From Vicugna vicugna (lineage: Eukaryota), in assembly GCA_013265495.1 (NCBI GenBank), contig MU058000.1:2418001-2482000 (forward strand): a stretch of 64,000 bases of DNA, given 5' to 3'. The translations under genes were made by a program, and so were the position numbers. Of this stretch, positions 1-13,200 are shown in pieces (the first letter of the stretch is position 1; each line of letters starts with the position of its first letter). The notes beneath the pieces are model-generated. The model was not told the origin of the DNA and did not search any database. It saw nothing but the letters and a program-made list of their open reading frames with translations.

Positions 1-1686
1 ATATTGAGCGAGGGATGTGTAAATCAATTAACTCCTAATTGTACTACATGTACAGAGATTTGTGAATGTCTTTTTCTCTCTCTATACTTTATGCATAGGA
101 TTTCAAATAAAGGGGGGAAATGAGAGAGGGGTGTTATATGAAGGAGAGCAGCATTCTTAGCAAGAACTCTCCAAACTGCTGAGTTCAAGACATTTCAGCA
201 AATTACTCAGGACATCTGGACTGAGCAGCGTACAGATCTCAGTAACATTGGATTGTGTGATATATAATCTTAATGATTGTGGCTTGAATTAAACACACAC
301 ACACAGTTTCTTACTCACAAATCTCAAGGTCCCCCAGTAATTTACTCAAATAACTCTTTCAGTGTTAGGTGACTTTTGGTTAGATGCCAGGTTGTATCAA
401 ATAAGATACTCCAGGGGCTGAAGTGTTAAGTTCGCTATGTAAAAAGATTCAGAGATTATGGTCAAATTTAGGTACTCAAGCAAATCTCCTACATTTCCAC
501 TGTTGTTTGAAAAACGAAAAGCTTAATTCCTTGAGACAGTTCTGGTGCCGGTTTAATTCAGTTTTAGAATGTGTTAAAGAAAAAATAAAACAGCATAAAA
601 ATCTATGCTTTAGGATTTAACGGTTTTATACTAGAATACCTTATGCAAAATGGTATACATGAACATTGTCAGAGATACATTAATTATTACCATAATACTC
701 GTATTTGTCATGAGCCATGATAACATGGATTAACTTAATGCTCTTTTCAGCCATCACTTTTACTAATACTCACATCCAGCTCAGGGCTCCAACTCCAAAG
801 CAGGACTTAGAAAAATTTCAAGGGGCCAGCATCACTTAGAAGACATGTATGATTCTCTGTCAATAAGACTAATTTTCCTTGAGTTTATAATCTGGGGTTT
901 TATTGAGACACATATACTAAGATTGGAAGTACTTTAAGCAACTGTTGATCATTCATTTCTACTTTAGTTAAAGCGAATCCCAGATTTTTCACTAAAGATA
1001 AATGTTTATAGGAGAAACAATGGAGATGTCTTAATGAGAGAAGATCAGGAAATTTCAATGAGAGAAAAAGGTCAAGGAAGAGATTAAGAGAGGATTAGGA
1101 AAATGTTCTAAATCATAATTATTTCTTCCTGGAGACCACACAAAAGTGCTTATAAATCGACTGGGTTTGCTTTTCTTTCTATTTAATTTGAAACAGTCGT
1201 TATATAATGGTAAAAACAAATGAGGAAGAACATCTCATTTAAAAAGAGATGCATAAGAATATGTTACTCTCCTACGTGTAGGAGTTGGAAACGTAATCCT
1301 TTATTATTGGACGTAGCCTGATATGAAAGACCCTGGACGTCTTTCTTCACAGAGCTCGTCTTCCACCATTTTTTCTCATCTATTTTCCAGTTGCACTTCC
1401 TATCTGTCCTTCAAGTATTTTAGGATTATTCTCATTTATGGGCCTTTGCAGTTGCTTGGCGGTCTGCTTAAAAAACTATAACTCCTTCGTTAAGGTATCA
1501 ATCCCATCATTTTTCAGTATTTATATATCAAGTCAAATGTCATCTCCTGGGAGACCTCTTTTTCTGATGACTCTAGTTAAAAAACAACCCCAATTTCCTG
1601 TCTCCAATTGATTTATTTCCTGTTTTTAGAAATTGTATCACTGCGTTGAAATTAATCACATAAGAATGAAAACCCAATGAAAGCAC

Positions 1687-2019
1687 TGTTAAAGATAAAC
1701 TGAAGCGAATTACATTGTTAAGAGTTTATTCGGGCAACATCCATTTAAATGGGGCAGTGGGGACCCTAAACTGGAATTGGATGAGTGTTTCGCCCTCACT
1801 AACTAGGGCGAAAGTCTTTTATAGAAAAGAGATGGAAGCAAAAAATGCCTTTATTTGGTTGGCTATAGCTTAGGTGGTTGTCTTATTTTGTAAAGCCTAG
1901 TTGGCTGTTTGTGATTGGTTGTCCTTAGGTTTTGATGTGTTAACCTGGAGGCATTTCAGACTTGGGTTTTGGTTTACTTACAAAGGCTAAGACCCTCCTT
2001 GCCTAATTAATTTAAAACA
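1687..2019 (-). mobile_element. ERV1-like solo LTR inserted in an L2
   Basis: tgtt…aaca termini, antisense AATAAA (tttatt, ~1725), multiple antisense CCAAT boxes. No TSD seen. Confidence 0.55.
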
Positions 2020-3316
2020 TTAACTTTTCCTTGCCCATTAGTACATTTCTAGTATCTCAGAAGTATGAAGTATGTCAGACTTATATCATGGACTCAGTAA
2101 ATGTTTGATAATGGACAGATGATTGTATTCAAATCCATGACTCTATGATTAGATACTGGTAATGTTTGTAAGTGTTTCTGGTTAGCATTCATTGTTCACC
2201 TTGTCTATTGAATAATCATTCATTCTAAAACTTTTTGCCTACAGCTAACTTAGTGCCATAAGCAGGACTACATGCTCTATGCCATGGAGAGCCACAGAAA
2301 GATTTAAATTAAGAAATGAAAGTTATGAATATGTATATATGTATACATATGTGTGCATGTACATGTGTGTAAAAGCATTTATGTGTGTGCTTCTTAGTAC
2401 GTAAGTTTTGAATAACTGTGTTGTTGATGGTGCTGAAATCAATTAAATGGATCCAGGTGGTTGATAAGGAAAAGGTACATAAGAGTTTAGTGTTTGAGAA
2501 GTTGAGCTGAGGTCCTAAGGAGCATTCATGCAGAGATGCCCACCAGACAGTTGGTTACAGTGGTTTGAAGTTCAGGAAAACTGCCTTATGAGAGGTTATA
2601 TATTTGGGAGTAATTGGTTGAAATCATGAGAGTATAAGAAACAAAAAGGAGCTCTCAAAGGAAACAGAAGGAAAGTCAAGAGAGATATTAGGAAAACTGT
2701 GTGAGGGTAGTTTAAAGAAAGAGGACTTGTTTGACAGTGTCAAATGTATAGTAAAAGTCAAGTCTGCTGAAGAATGAAAAATTATTAGAAAGTATAATCA
2801 TGCTATTTTCGGTTGCTACAAAATCAACAATTTATTATGGAACATACTAATGTGAGGCATTTTACAGAATACTGCTTTCCCAGATTCTTGGAGAAAAAAA
2901 TGCTTCTATGCTTTTATTATTTCCATAGCAGACACGTTAACTTAGGGTGAGTATTTTGTAATTATTCTGGAGTAGAATCTATCTCAGATATGACAATTTT
3001 CTGCTTGGGACATGATGAAGAACAGACTAAGGCTGTGACTGTCAAGATCTTCCAAGAAACACAACCCAATAACCACCCAGTAGGATGCTGATTCCTTTTC
3101 CTTTGATGTGCACCATTGCATTACACGCAGCAATTTCATTTGACCATCTCTACAAGAGAAAGACCTTCAGTATTTATTCCTAAAGGGCAAATGATTCCAT
3201 ATGCCACCATTTGCTTCACACGCTTATAGGTCTACTATCTTTCCCACTGCATTGTCTACTCGAAGCAAATAATACTCTCCTATAAATCTTATCCCAGCAT
3301 TAAAAAAGTTGAGTCA

Positions 3317-3807
3317 ATATACCACATCTTCTTTATCCAGTCACCTGTTGATGGACATATACAATGGAATACTACTCAGCCATAAAAACCGACAACATAA
3401 TGCCATTTGCAGCAACATGGATGCTCCTAGAAAATGTCATTCTAAGTGAAGTAAGCCAGAAAGAGAAAGAAAAATACCATATGAGATCGCTCATATGTGG
3501 AATCTAAAAAACAAAAACAAACAAACAAACAAAAACAAAGCATAAATACAGGACAGAAATAGACTCATGGACAGAGAATACAGACTTGTGGTTACCGGGG
3601 GGGNNNNNNNNNNNNNNNNNNNNNNNNNNNNNNNNNNNNNNNNNNNTGAACACCAGAACACAACAAAGAAAAATAATTATGAAGAAAAAAAAAACGTAAA
3701 AAAAAAAAAAAAAGAAATCTAAAAAAAAAAAAATAAAAGTTCCCAATCCAGAGAACCATTAAAAAAATAAAAAAATAAATAAATAGTATCTTTGATCTCA
3801 AAAAAAA
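3317..3807 (+). mobile_element. Short young L1 3' end with 5' inversion (twin priming), poly(A) and 15-bp TSD
   Basis: TSD aaaaaagttgagtca at 3302-3316 and 3808-3822. 3317-3358 is antisense L1; 3359-3603 is the sense ORF2 end and 3'UTR, closely matching the reverse complement of 38830-39080. Confidence 0.92.
3604..3646. other. Assembly gap (N run) inside the L1 3'UTR G-tract
   Basis: Run of N; the sequence just after it looks low quality and A-biased. Confidence 0.99.
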
Positions 3808-3984
3808 AAAAAAGTTGAGTCAGAATTGCTTTGAAATAGGACAAAGTAAACTCAACACATACAAGATGATTAAAATAATGAGTAGAGGGCAATACTAGAA
3901 AATCAAAATTAAGAAAATTACAAGCTCAGTCTCTAAAACTGTATATAAAAAGTCCCTGAAAATTAACGTCTATTTTTCCTTGAC

Positions 3985-4460
3985 CTTGCTATTTCATCTT
4001 TGTTTTCTATATCCATGACTGTGATTGCTATTCCCACATTTCCTGTTTCACAAAAGCCAAAAAAAAGTCCAACCTTTCGTTCACCATCAAAATATAACCG
4101 TCACCAAGTCCTGTTGCTACTACCTCCTTAATAATCCTGACATCAGTGACTTTTCTCAGTTTCTGAAGACTGCATTTTAGTGGAATTTGGTCCCTTCTGT
4201 ATATAGATTACAGTAACTTTCTGCTATCTATCTATCCCCTTTGCTCTCAATGGTTCTAAAATGAATCCATAATTCACACTGCTTTGAAAAGGATCTTTTT
4301 AAAATGCAAAATCTGATCCCATTTCTTCCCTGCTTAGCATCCTGCAATGACTCCCCAGGGAATTCAGTGTAAAATTCAAACTCCTTACCTGCATAGTGGT
4401 ACCCTTTCTAATCTGCAGCTTGCATGTTTTCTGACCTCATATCCTAATCTTACATAAAGC
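3985..4460 (+). mobile_element. L2 fragment
   Basis: gatctttttaaaatgcaaaatctgatc…cctgcaatgactcccc…aaaattcaaactcctta. Confidence 0.6.
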
Positions 4461-4484
4461 CCTCCCACGGGGTGACTGATTTTA

Positions 4485-7200
4485 GACCTTTCTTCTTTCT
4501 CATATAAGCATTTAAAGTTATGTATTTTCTTCTAAGTCACACAAACTAGATATGCTGAATTTTATTATTTAGATAAAATAATTCATAATTCCTTTGTGAG
4601 TTCTGCAGATTATCTAAAACTATTTTGTTTAATTTCTAAATATTTGTGTTTTCCTATTTTTTGATTTCTAATTTAATTCTACTGATATTAGAAAACATGC
4701 TATATGTGATTCCAATTCTTAGAAATTTATTAAAAAAATTTTATGGGGCTACATATAGTTTATCTTGGTGATGCACTATGTGCCCTTGCAAAAAATGTGT
4801 AAACTAAGTGTTGCATGTATTGCTCTATAAATGTCAATTAGGTTATGTTCAGATTACCTTTGTCTTTACTGATTTTTTTTTGTCTAGTTCTATCAATTGC
4901 TGAATGAAACATGTTAAAATTTTTAGCAATGCTTGTGAAATTGTTTCTGTCTTCTTTCACTTTTGTCCATCTTTGTTTCATGATTGTAAAGCTCTGTTGT
5001 CAAGTGAATATAGATTTCTGATTGCTTTATGTTTCTGACTCTTTTATCAGTGGTAAATGTCCATTTTAAAACTGATAATTCTTTTGCCCCAAGTCTGTTT
5101 TATCTGATATTGATGTAACCATTTTAGCCTTCTAACACATAGCTTGCATATCTATATTTTTATCCATTTATTTTCAACCTATGTTTTTAAATATACAATG
5201 CATCTCATACATAGCATAGAGTTGATTTTCAATTAATTCTGATATTTTTTGATCTTTTAATTGGAATGTTTAGTTTTTTAATTTTAATTTAACTGGATTT
5301 AGGTTTGACATTTTTTGTTTTCTCTTTGTCCCTTTTTTGTTTTTTTTCATTTCTTGCCTTCTTTGGTGTAATTTAGATTTGTTTTTTAGCATTTCATTTT
5401 AATTTATGCATTAGATTGTTAATTTTTGCATTTTTTAGTGGTTGATTTCTCTGGGAATAACACATCCTGAATATTTCAGTATACTTAGAATTAAAATTTT
5501 ATCAGTTCATGTAAAATGCAGAAAATTTATAATCATTTATATCCCTTGACTTTTATGGTATTGCGTTATATGTATTACATGTACATACATTATAACAACT
5601 AGAACTTACTATTTTTTTGTGAAATAGTCATATATATTTTAAAATTGAGAAAGAAAAATAATATTTTACATTTATTTTTATATTTACCATTTTGGATGTT
5701 CATTCATTCCTGAAGATACTTTTCTATATCATACTGTGTCCCTTCCGTCTGAAGAATATCTTTCAACATCCTTACAGTGGGGATCTGCAGATGACTGATT
5801 TAATTTTTTTTTCTCTGAAATTGTCACACTATTATTCTTGAAAGATAACTATGTAGATATGAAATTCTAGGTGGGCAATGTTTTTCCTTCTGTTCTTCAA
5901 ATATGTCATTTTGCTATTTTCTGGTTTCTACAATTTCTGATTAACAGGTTTTGGTCATTCTAATTATTTTCCCTCTGAATGTAAGTTGTCAATCTTCTCT
6001 GGCTGCTTTCAGAATTTTCTCTTTATCTCTGGTTTTCAGCAAGTGACTATGAAATAACAACTGATGCTTTCCTCGTATTTATCTGTTTGAATTTGACTGA
6101 TTTTATTGAATCTGTAAATGTATGTCATTTCACCAAAAACTGGGAAATTGTCAGACCAATATTTCTTCAAGTATTTTTCCTGGTAATATATCTATCAACT
6201 CTGTGGGATTCTAACCCTACACACATTAAGAAATTTTTATTTTTGTTATCTCATTTTCCCTGAAGTTCTGTTTATTTTTTTCCATTATTTTCCTCTCTTT
6301 TTTTTTCAGATTAGATACATTCTGTTAATTTGTCTTCCTGTTAATGATTCTTTTATCAAAAATTCTCTTCTTTCTAAGACCATCCTGGGCATTTTTTTAT
6401 GTCAGATACTGTATTTTTCACTTCTAAAGTTTCCATTTGGTTCTTTTCATTGTTTCTATTTCTCTTTTGACATCTTCTATTTTTTTTACTTATTTTAAGT
6501 TTATGTTCCTCTTTTTTCATAAAGTATAGTTATATTATCTGCTTTAAAGTCTTAGACAAAGTGTTCTAACACCTGGGTCGTCTCAGTGCTGGTTTCTGTA
6601 GATTGGTTTTTTTTTTTCCTTGAGAATAGATCGTATATCCCAAGTTCTTCATATGCTTAATACTTCTGAATTGCATTCTAGAACTGTAAATATTACATTG
6701 TGAGACTCCAGATTCTGCCATATTCCTCCAGAGTTGTTATCTTTATTAGCAGGTAATTAACACTGAAGCATTTCACAAACCCCTTCCCTGGAGCAGTGGC
6801 TGTGTCCACGTCATTTTTCTCTCTTTAGAGAGGTTGTTGGCAGTCTGTCCCTCCCTTGTGTGTTTCTGACTTCAGGTCAGAGATTTGAGAAGAGGGTAAA
6901 CATAGAAGTTGAGGTTTGCCTTCTCTGACCCTGTACCCTCCAGGATAAACTCCCTACTTTCCAAAGATGGTGGTTGCCTTGAAGTCTGATGTCTGTTACT
7001 ACAGGCCAGAGGACTTAGTGTTTTCTTTCTAAATTTCAGCCTTTCACTGGGGAGATGACTGTGTTTCTTCTGCCTTTCAGCTGAAAGCCCCAAGCATGAG
7101 TAACTCAGTCTGAGCTCTTCTCTTTTTCCAGGACTCAACTCTCCATCAGAAAACTCCCTTGCTTTCGTGTATACCTCAGAGTGCCTGGGTAGTTTTCCTG
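4485..7200 (-). mobile_element. Ancient L1M fragment (degenerate ORF2 5' part, ORF1 and UTR)
   Basis: Long T-rich tract with antisense L1M hallmarks (aagtctgttttatctgatattgatgtaacc; ggctgctttcagaattttctctttatctctggttttcagc). Confidence 0.75.
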
Positions 7201-10200
7201 TTTGTTTTGATTTGTGTTTGATTGATGCTTATTTGCTTATTTATGATTTAGAGATTGTAGGAATGCTTTTGAATATATCAGAAATAGAACCCAGATTCTC
7301 AGCTTGTGTTTTGTCATATGGTTTAGCAACAAGAAAAACAAACCTCAGGCTGGAGTTACAGACACAGAATCCACCAAGATCACCAGTTGATATTAAATTA
7401 GGTGTGATAATTTTCAGACGCTCCTGGCATCAAATAAGATTCTACTTTCAATTATGAACCTAAGTTCTTATTTCTGAATTTCTAATCAAATACAGCTACT
7501 AAAATACATAAAAAAGTGAAGTCTTTTCCCTGAGGTCATCATAAAGTACATAATCTTCTTTCACATATGTAGATATATTTATGTAAAAAGCAACTCTAGT
7601 TAGTTATTTGCAACCTCATAGGGTGTCCCACCAAGGCATTTGCTTTTGTTTACCTTGCATAAAGATCACTTCTTTATCATATGTATCATTTTTATTCATG
7701 AAATGTGATCTATTTGGTGAAAAATAGTGCCAGAATATATGGCCTCAATATATAATCTGGTAATGTTGGGGGGAAAGAAGAGGTATAGTGAATTGAAAAT
7801 GTGGATCCTGTGAATACCATCATTAGACTGTAAGTTTATTGTGTGGAAAAATTGCATCTTCACTAGTTTTATATTTCTAGCACCTAGTTCCATGGCTTGT
7901 ATATACTGTGTGTTTGGTAGATTTTGAGAAAATGACATCAAATAAAAAAATTTTGTTCATTCAATAATCATTTCTTGATGGCTGTTGTTGGAGGAAGAGT
8001 ATGACATTCATAGTCTGAAACACTTTATTTGATCCTAGGCTTTGGAATTTAATAACTACAATCAGGTGAGTCAATCTTTTTGACTCTAAGTGACTTATTC
8101 TACAAAATGGCAATTACGTGGGCTAAAGCACCAACTAGTGCAAAGTCATCCTCAATAATGTAGATGAAATTGTCTTTGAAATAGTAAACTGCTAAAAAAA
8201 ATGCGAGGCATAATATCTCTGTATAACGCAGTATGCTAGACAGTGTAGTAAACATAAAATAGCCCGGATGAAGTTCATTGCAACGAACAAGTTGCAGTTT
8301 ACACAAATGAATCTGTGAGTCTATAAATATATCTTTTTAATCACCATGTGTAAGATTTATGTGTCCACAATAAATGGTCTCTGATTAAGGATCCAAGCGA
8401 TTCAGCTACGAGATGGTATCTACAAACTTTAGAATGCAAATTTACAATGCCTTGTTTTCGCCTTCCAGAACTGTATGCTTTCCTTTCTTGTTTATTTCAA
8501 GGATGTTAAATACCATTATGTATATTTATGTATTGTGTTTATTTATCATTGATGTATCAATTCCTTTATTATTTGTGCATTTATAAATATTATTTTTAAG
8601 GTGGTAGGTGGCATGCTGTTTGTACAAAGGAGGTGACAGTGTGGTGACAAATTTCCTGTTTTGAATATCAGGCAATCTGTCCTTATGTTCCCCTTTGATT
8701 CTCCCTCTCCCTTTGTACTTCCATACATAATCAGAGCTAAGATCCACGTGGGGATCTTTAAGAAAAGAGAACCGCGATTCCTGTTTTAAAGTAATAAACG
8801 CTATTGTTCTGATGCTCAGTGAAATTAAACAATTTAGAGATTGGAGCTTAGAGCTTAACTCTGAAAATACTTTCTCTGTGACTCGTACTTCTTTCCCATT
8901 TAAAGACTTAGTTGAAGGCCTTTATTTCAATAAACGAAACACTAGATAGTACTAACTACATTATTAAATATAGCAGTAGAGTTGGTGCATATGTTGAATT
9001 AAAGTGGATTCTATTCTGACAATTTTTGTGTAGTCAACGCATTATCACCACAGAATTAACTTGCCTCCTTTTCTTAACGAGGGCTTGAGGGAGAAAAACT
9101 GTAATTTTGGTTGGCTCCCCACCAACAAGATACCATAGTACTAAGATTTGAAATCCAGTCACAGGTTGCTGTCTAAGGTGTTTTGGCTTCTTAGTTTCCT
9201 ATGTTTTCTGGAAATGGCTGGGATCTTAGTGCTAAGGATTATTTCTATTTTTCATGTTTAAGAAAAGGTCCTCCAATTTCATCATGACATTTATATCATC
9301 CAATAGACATCTCGTTGCTAAAGTAAATTTATACATAATATGTCTTAGCTTTCGGGTTCTTGGATTTTAATTAGAGGATGAAACATAAATCAGAATTTTA
9401 AGCCACAGTAGTTAATAGAGCTGTCCACTTGCTTTCTGTTAGACTAACAGTGCCAATCACAGTATTTAAACATAAATGCACCAATTTCTAGTTTGCGCTT
9501 AGGAAATACTTTGCAAAAGTGTTCTCCTTTGTTTTGTATTGATAAAAGGAGGGAGATTTAGCTTTTGTTATTCTGCATCACAATGTTTGTTTCAGTGACA
9601 GTGCCCCACTAAAAATAAATTCAATCTCTCTTGCCTGTCTTGCTTCCTCCTTTATTCCTTTCATATTTAATATGTGGTGTGGTAAGCAAAGCAAATAAAC
9701 ATGACTTGTGGTACGTATGTTTTTATCCACTTTACTTTTAAGGATTTAAAAATTTTGTGTGGCATTTACAATACATTTAACTATTCACAAATACATGAAA
9801 ACTTGCTTGCATGTAGTAGTTTCTAAATTTAATCACATGTTTTTGGAAAACCAGAGAAAATGTGGAACACCTGCTTCTATAACAGCCTGTTAATGTTTCC
9901 AGTTATATTCTTAGGCAGCTACAGAGCCACCAAATGTAGTAGTGTACAAAGAAACACAATATATTTAGAAATAGCCATAAGACAAATAAAACACCCAACC
10001 AGATAGAAAAATGTGAATCATTTATCTCATGGATATTTTTGGTCTGTTGTCGTAAAGAAAACCACACCCCATTCCAACGCTGAACTCCAAAGAATAGCTT
10101 TTCAACATCAGAAGAAAAACTGGAAAACAAATTATGGATAAGAAATAAGGGAATCTTGGAAGCTGCAAAATTAAGCACAGTAATTTCAGATAATTGACAA

Positions 10201-13200
10201 GTCAATACGTAATATTCTTTCAAAATATTTTGGAAATTTGGCTAAAATATCTACCTTGATGGTATGATTTTGGAAAATAGTTGTTTGGTCTGTGATGGGT
10301 ACGCTTACATTTTGCAGCTGCAGTTTCGTTGGGGATCTTGAGATCACTTACAAATGTGCAAAAGAATTTGAGAATTTTGCACTCAGTCCTCTTACTCTTT
10401 TAAACCTTCTCTCATTTCACTGAATAATATGATTAACATAATTGGAAACAATGCATATTTATTGATTTAAATTTTGGTATAATTTTTTATTCTACCAATA
10501 ACTATGTTTTGAATTTTCTAATTTTTCTGTTTTTTGTTTTGAAGTTATATCTAGTTTAAATAGAAAAGTTAGGGTAGAGACAATAGGTTGTTTATTTTGA
10601 AATTTTCAGCATATAGTACTTGGAATGTAGAAGTATTAGTTAAATTTTACAAAAAAACTGTTTTCCAGATTATGACTTTGTCCCTCTGTCATAAATTTAA
10701 AAAAAATTGTTACTAAATAGAGAAAGATAGTTCAATGTCACTCATTGCTATGTAGCGTTCAATGTTCAATATTTACTAAAGAAGGTATAGAATTTAGCAA
10801 AGTGTAAATGGAAAAATCTTTGAATTATTCAACAAGTAAGATGTTATTTAAAAAGATGGGGAATCTGTGACTGAAACATATTGATTATTTTACAAAAGTG
10901 TGTTATCACTTATGATGTACAAATTCTCCAAAGCTAAACTATTGGGTCATAAATCCATATCTGAGCATTTTGAATTCAAGTCACTGATGGGAGGAAAAGT
11001 GGAGATGTGCCACTATCAATGAAATGGTACTGGTGTGTCACAGGCTGAGTGATTTTAGCGTGAGTCATGGTAGAGTGCAGTGTGGCAGATGATGATGGAA
11101 TGATTTCTTTGAGACATCAGTTTTTACTTAAATCCACTTAAAGTATATTTTCATAGCTCATTAATTAATAGAATAGAATAAAACATTTTATAATCGCATT
11201 CCCTATTAGTTTTTGCCTTTTAAGAATAAATTTCATTGAAAATATATGTTAGAAGGTAATTACGTTAAAGCTTTGAATATAAGACTGTGTGCATGTGTGG
11301 AAAAATGTAAATTTCTTCTATCCAGTGCAAATCAATCATTTCTTTATGATAAATATTGCTCGTATGCTTTTGGTGTGAAAATGAATATGTCATTCTTGAT
11401 TTGGTGCTATGATGTATTAATCTCCTGTGGGTAATAGTCTACCCACTGTATAAAAGTGTGTTTCACAGTACATCAAAAATTGCAATCAAAGCTCTTTCTC
11501 CCACCATTTGTTTTCTAGAAAGAAAAACACAAAACTAAAGTGGTTCATGGGCACCTGCTCTCCATGGGAAAGCAGGGTTAAGGTCTTCTATTTGGTTCAT
11601 ATTTAAGCTCGTATCTTGCAATGGTAAAGACTAGAGGAGTAAGAGTATTTGTTTAATAGTTTCCTGATTTAGCCTGATGATACAAATGTGTAGACATATC
11701 TATGACTTTTGTATCTAGAGAATCAAATCTTAATTAAGAGATGGTTGATCAAAATACTCAGACTTTAATGCATTATTAAAATGGAATTGACATAATTTTA
11801 TGATAAAGTAACATAAGACCCATAAAAAATATTATAGATTTGAATGAAATAAATAAAGAAAGAACTTTTCCCTAACTTTTCTCCTTTCTATTAAATATCC
11901 CAATAGATTAATTTTAAATTACTTTTCTATGATTTAATGATAAACAAATGTTTAAAATCTAATGACACTTTTAAAGACTGGTCACAACTATAAAAATATA
12001 TAATATTGCCATATACAAAATATTTTCATATAGATGGTTATAATTTGTTCTCTCTGAGAGCTATTCTATTAGAAGTAATATTACTCCATTTTATAGGAAA
12101 AGTACCTGATACTGAAAGTAAAGCTGCCTTCTTGTAGCTAGAAAATGCTAGGAAGCCAGATTATAAATCCAGGCATGTCCGCAGAAACAAACGCTGCTCA
12201 TTACCAGTAGTTTTAATAGCCCCTGATGATTCCTCTTGATTATCTGCAATGTAGCATCTGATTCATTAACAGAATATAAATCTGGTCTTTCATTTCAGGT
12301 AGCAAAGTAATTTATAATCTACCATTATCTCAATGTCTGAAAGAGGTACCAAAAAAATGCATGTTGAGTCATTAGCATGACTTCACAACCAGGCAATTGT
12401 ATTAATGTTCAGGAACCAGAAACCCAAAGGCTGCTTTCTGCTTTGTGCATCTGTTTTCAATTATGATGTTATCTGGATCTCTAGTTCAAGTCAGTGTTCT
12501 GACCTTTTAAAAATGTTTTAAACAACGCTGTAGTTACAGCCGTCTTCTTGAGTTACTTCTTCCTGAAGTAATTTTGTTCTTATTGTTGCATACAGTTGCA
12601 ATTCTTGAAGAATCTAAAACCTTGTTATGCAGTCGGACTGGATTAATGAGAAACAAGTGACCTTTCACTGTTTTCAGATAGGATAACTCATGATTGCAGC
12701 AATTAGAACAAGAAGAGCATTCTTGAACTAACTGCTGTATTTGACCAAAATAAACAGACATTTTATTAAGTATATGTTGATTTTCTGGTCTGCCTACAAG
12801 TTCAACTACAATATTGTGACACACCCATTGATCAGTTCAATACAGTATGGAGCACACTGTAAGAAAATGGGCTATTTAACCTGCTTCAGATTTCAGTGAG
12901 ACGCATAGAAGACTCATGTTACATTTGGTGATGATAGGAATTTATTATGAGCATATATACGGTAATGTAGAAGCACAGGACACTCAATATCCAAACATTC
13001 TGGTCTCGAAGTGATAGAACTCTATTCAGGATATCAAAATGTCAAATGGAAGCTTTATTATAAGCCAGCTACTATGCAAGGTATTTTATGTACATTATAC
13101 ATTAATCCCCTTGATAATTCAGAGCAGATATTATCGCACCCATTTTATATATGACAACATTTGTATATGACAACACTCAGGTTTAGGAGATAGAATAATT

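Noticed and set aside
3504..3801. Phe-rich ORFs
   Set aside because: Artefacts of the poly(A) tails and the N gap.
9903..10223. 106-aa hydrophobic ORF
   Set aside because: No recognisable motif, non-ATG start, and a length expected by chance in T-rich DNA.
12534..12824. 96-aa ORF with CxxCxxCC
   Set aside because: No family match I can recognise and no convincing splice context.
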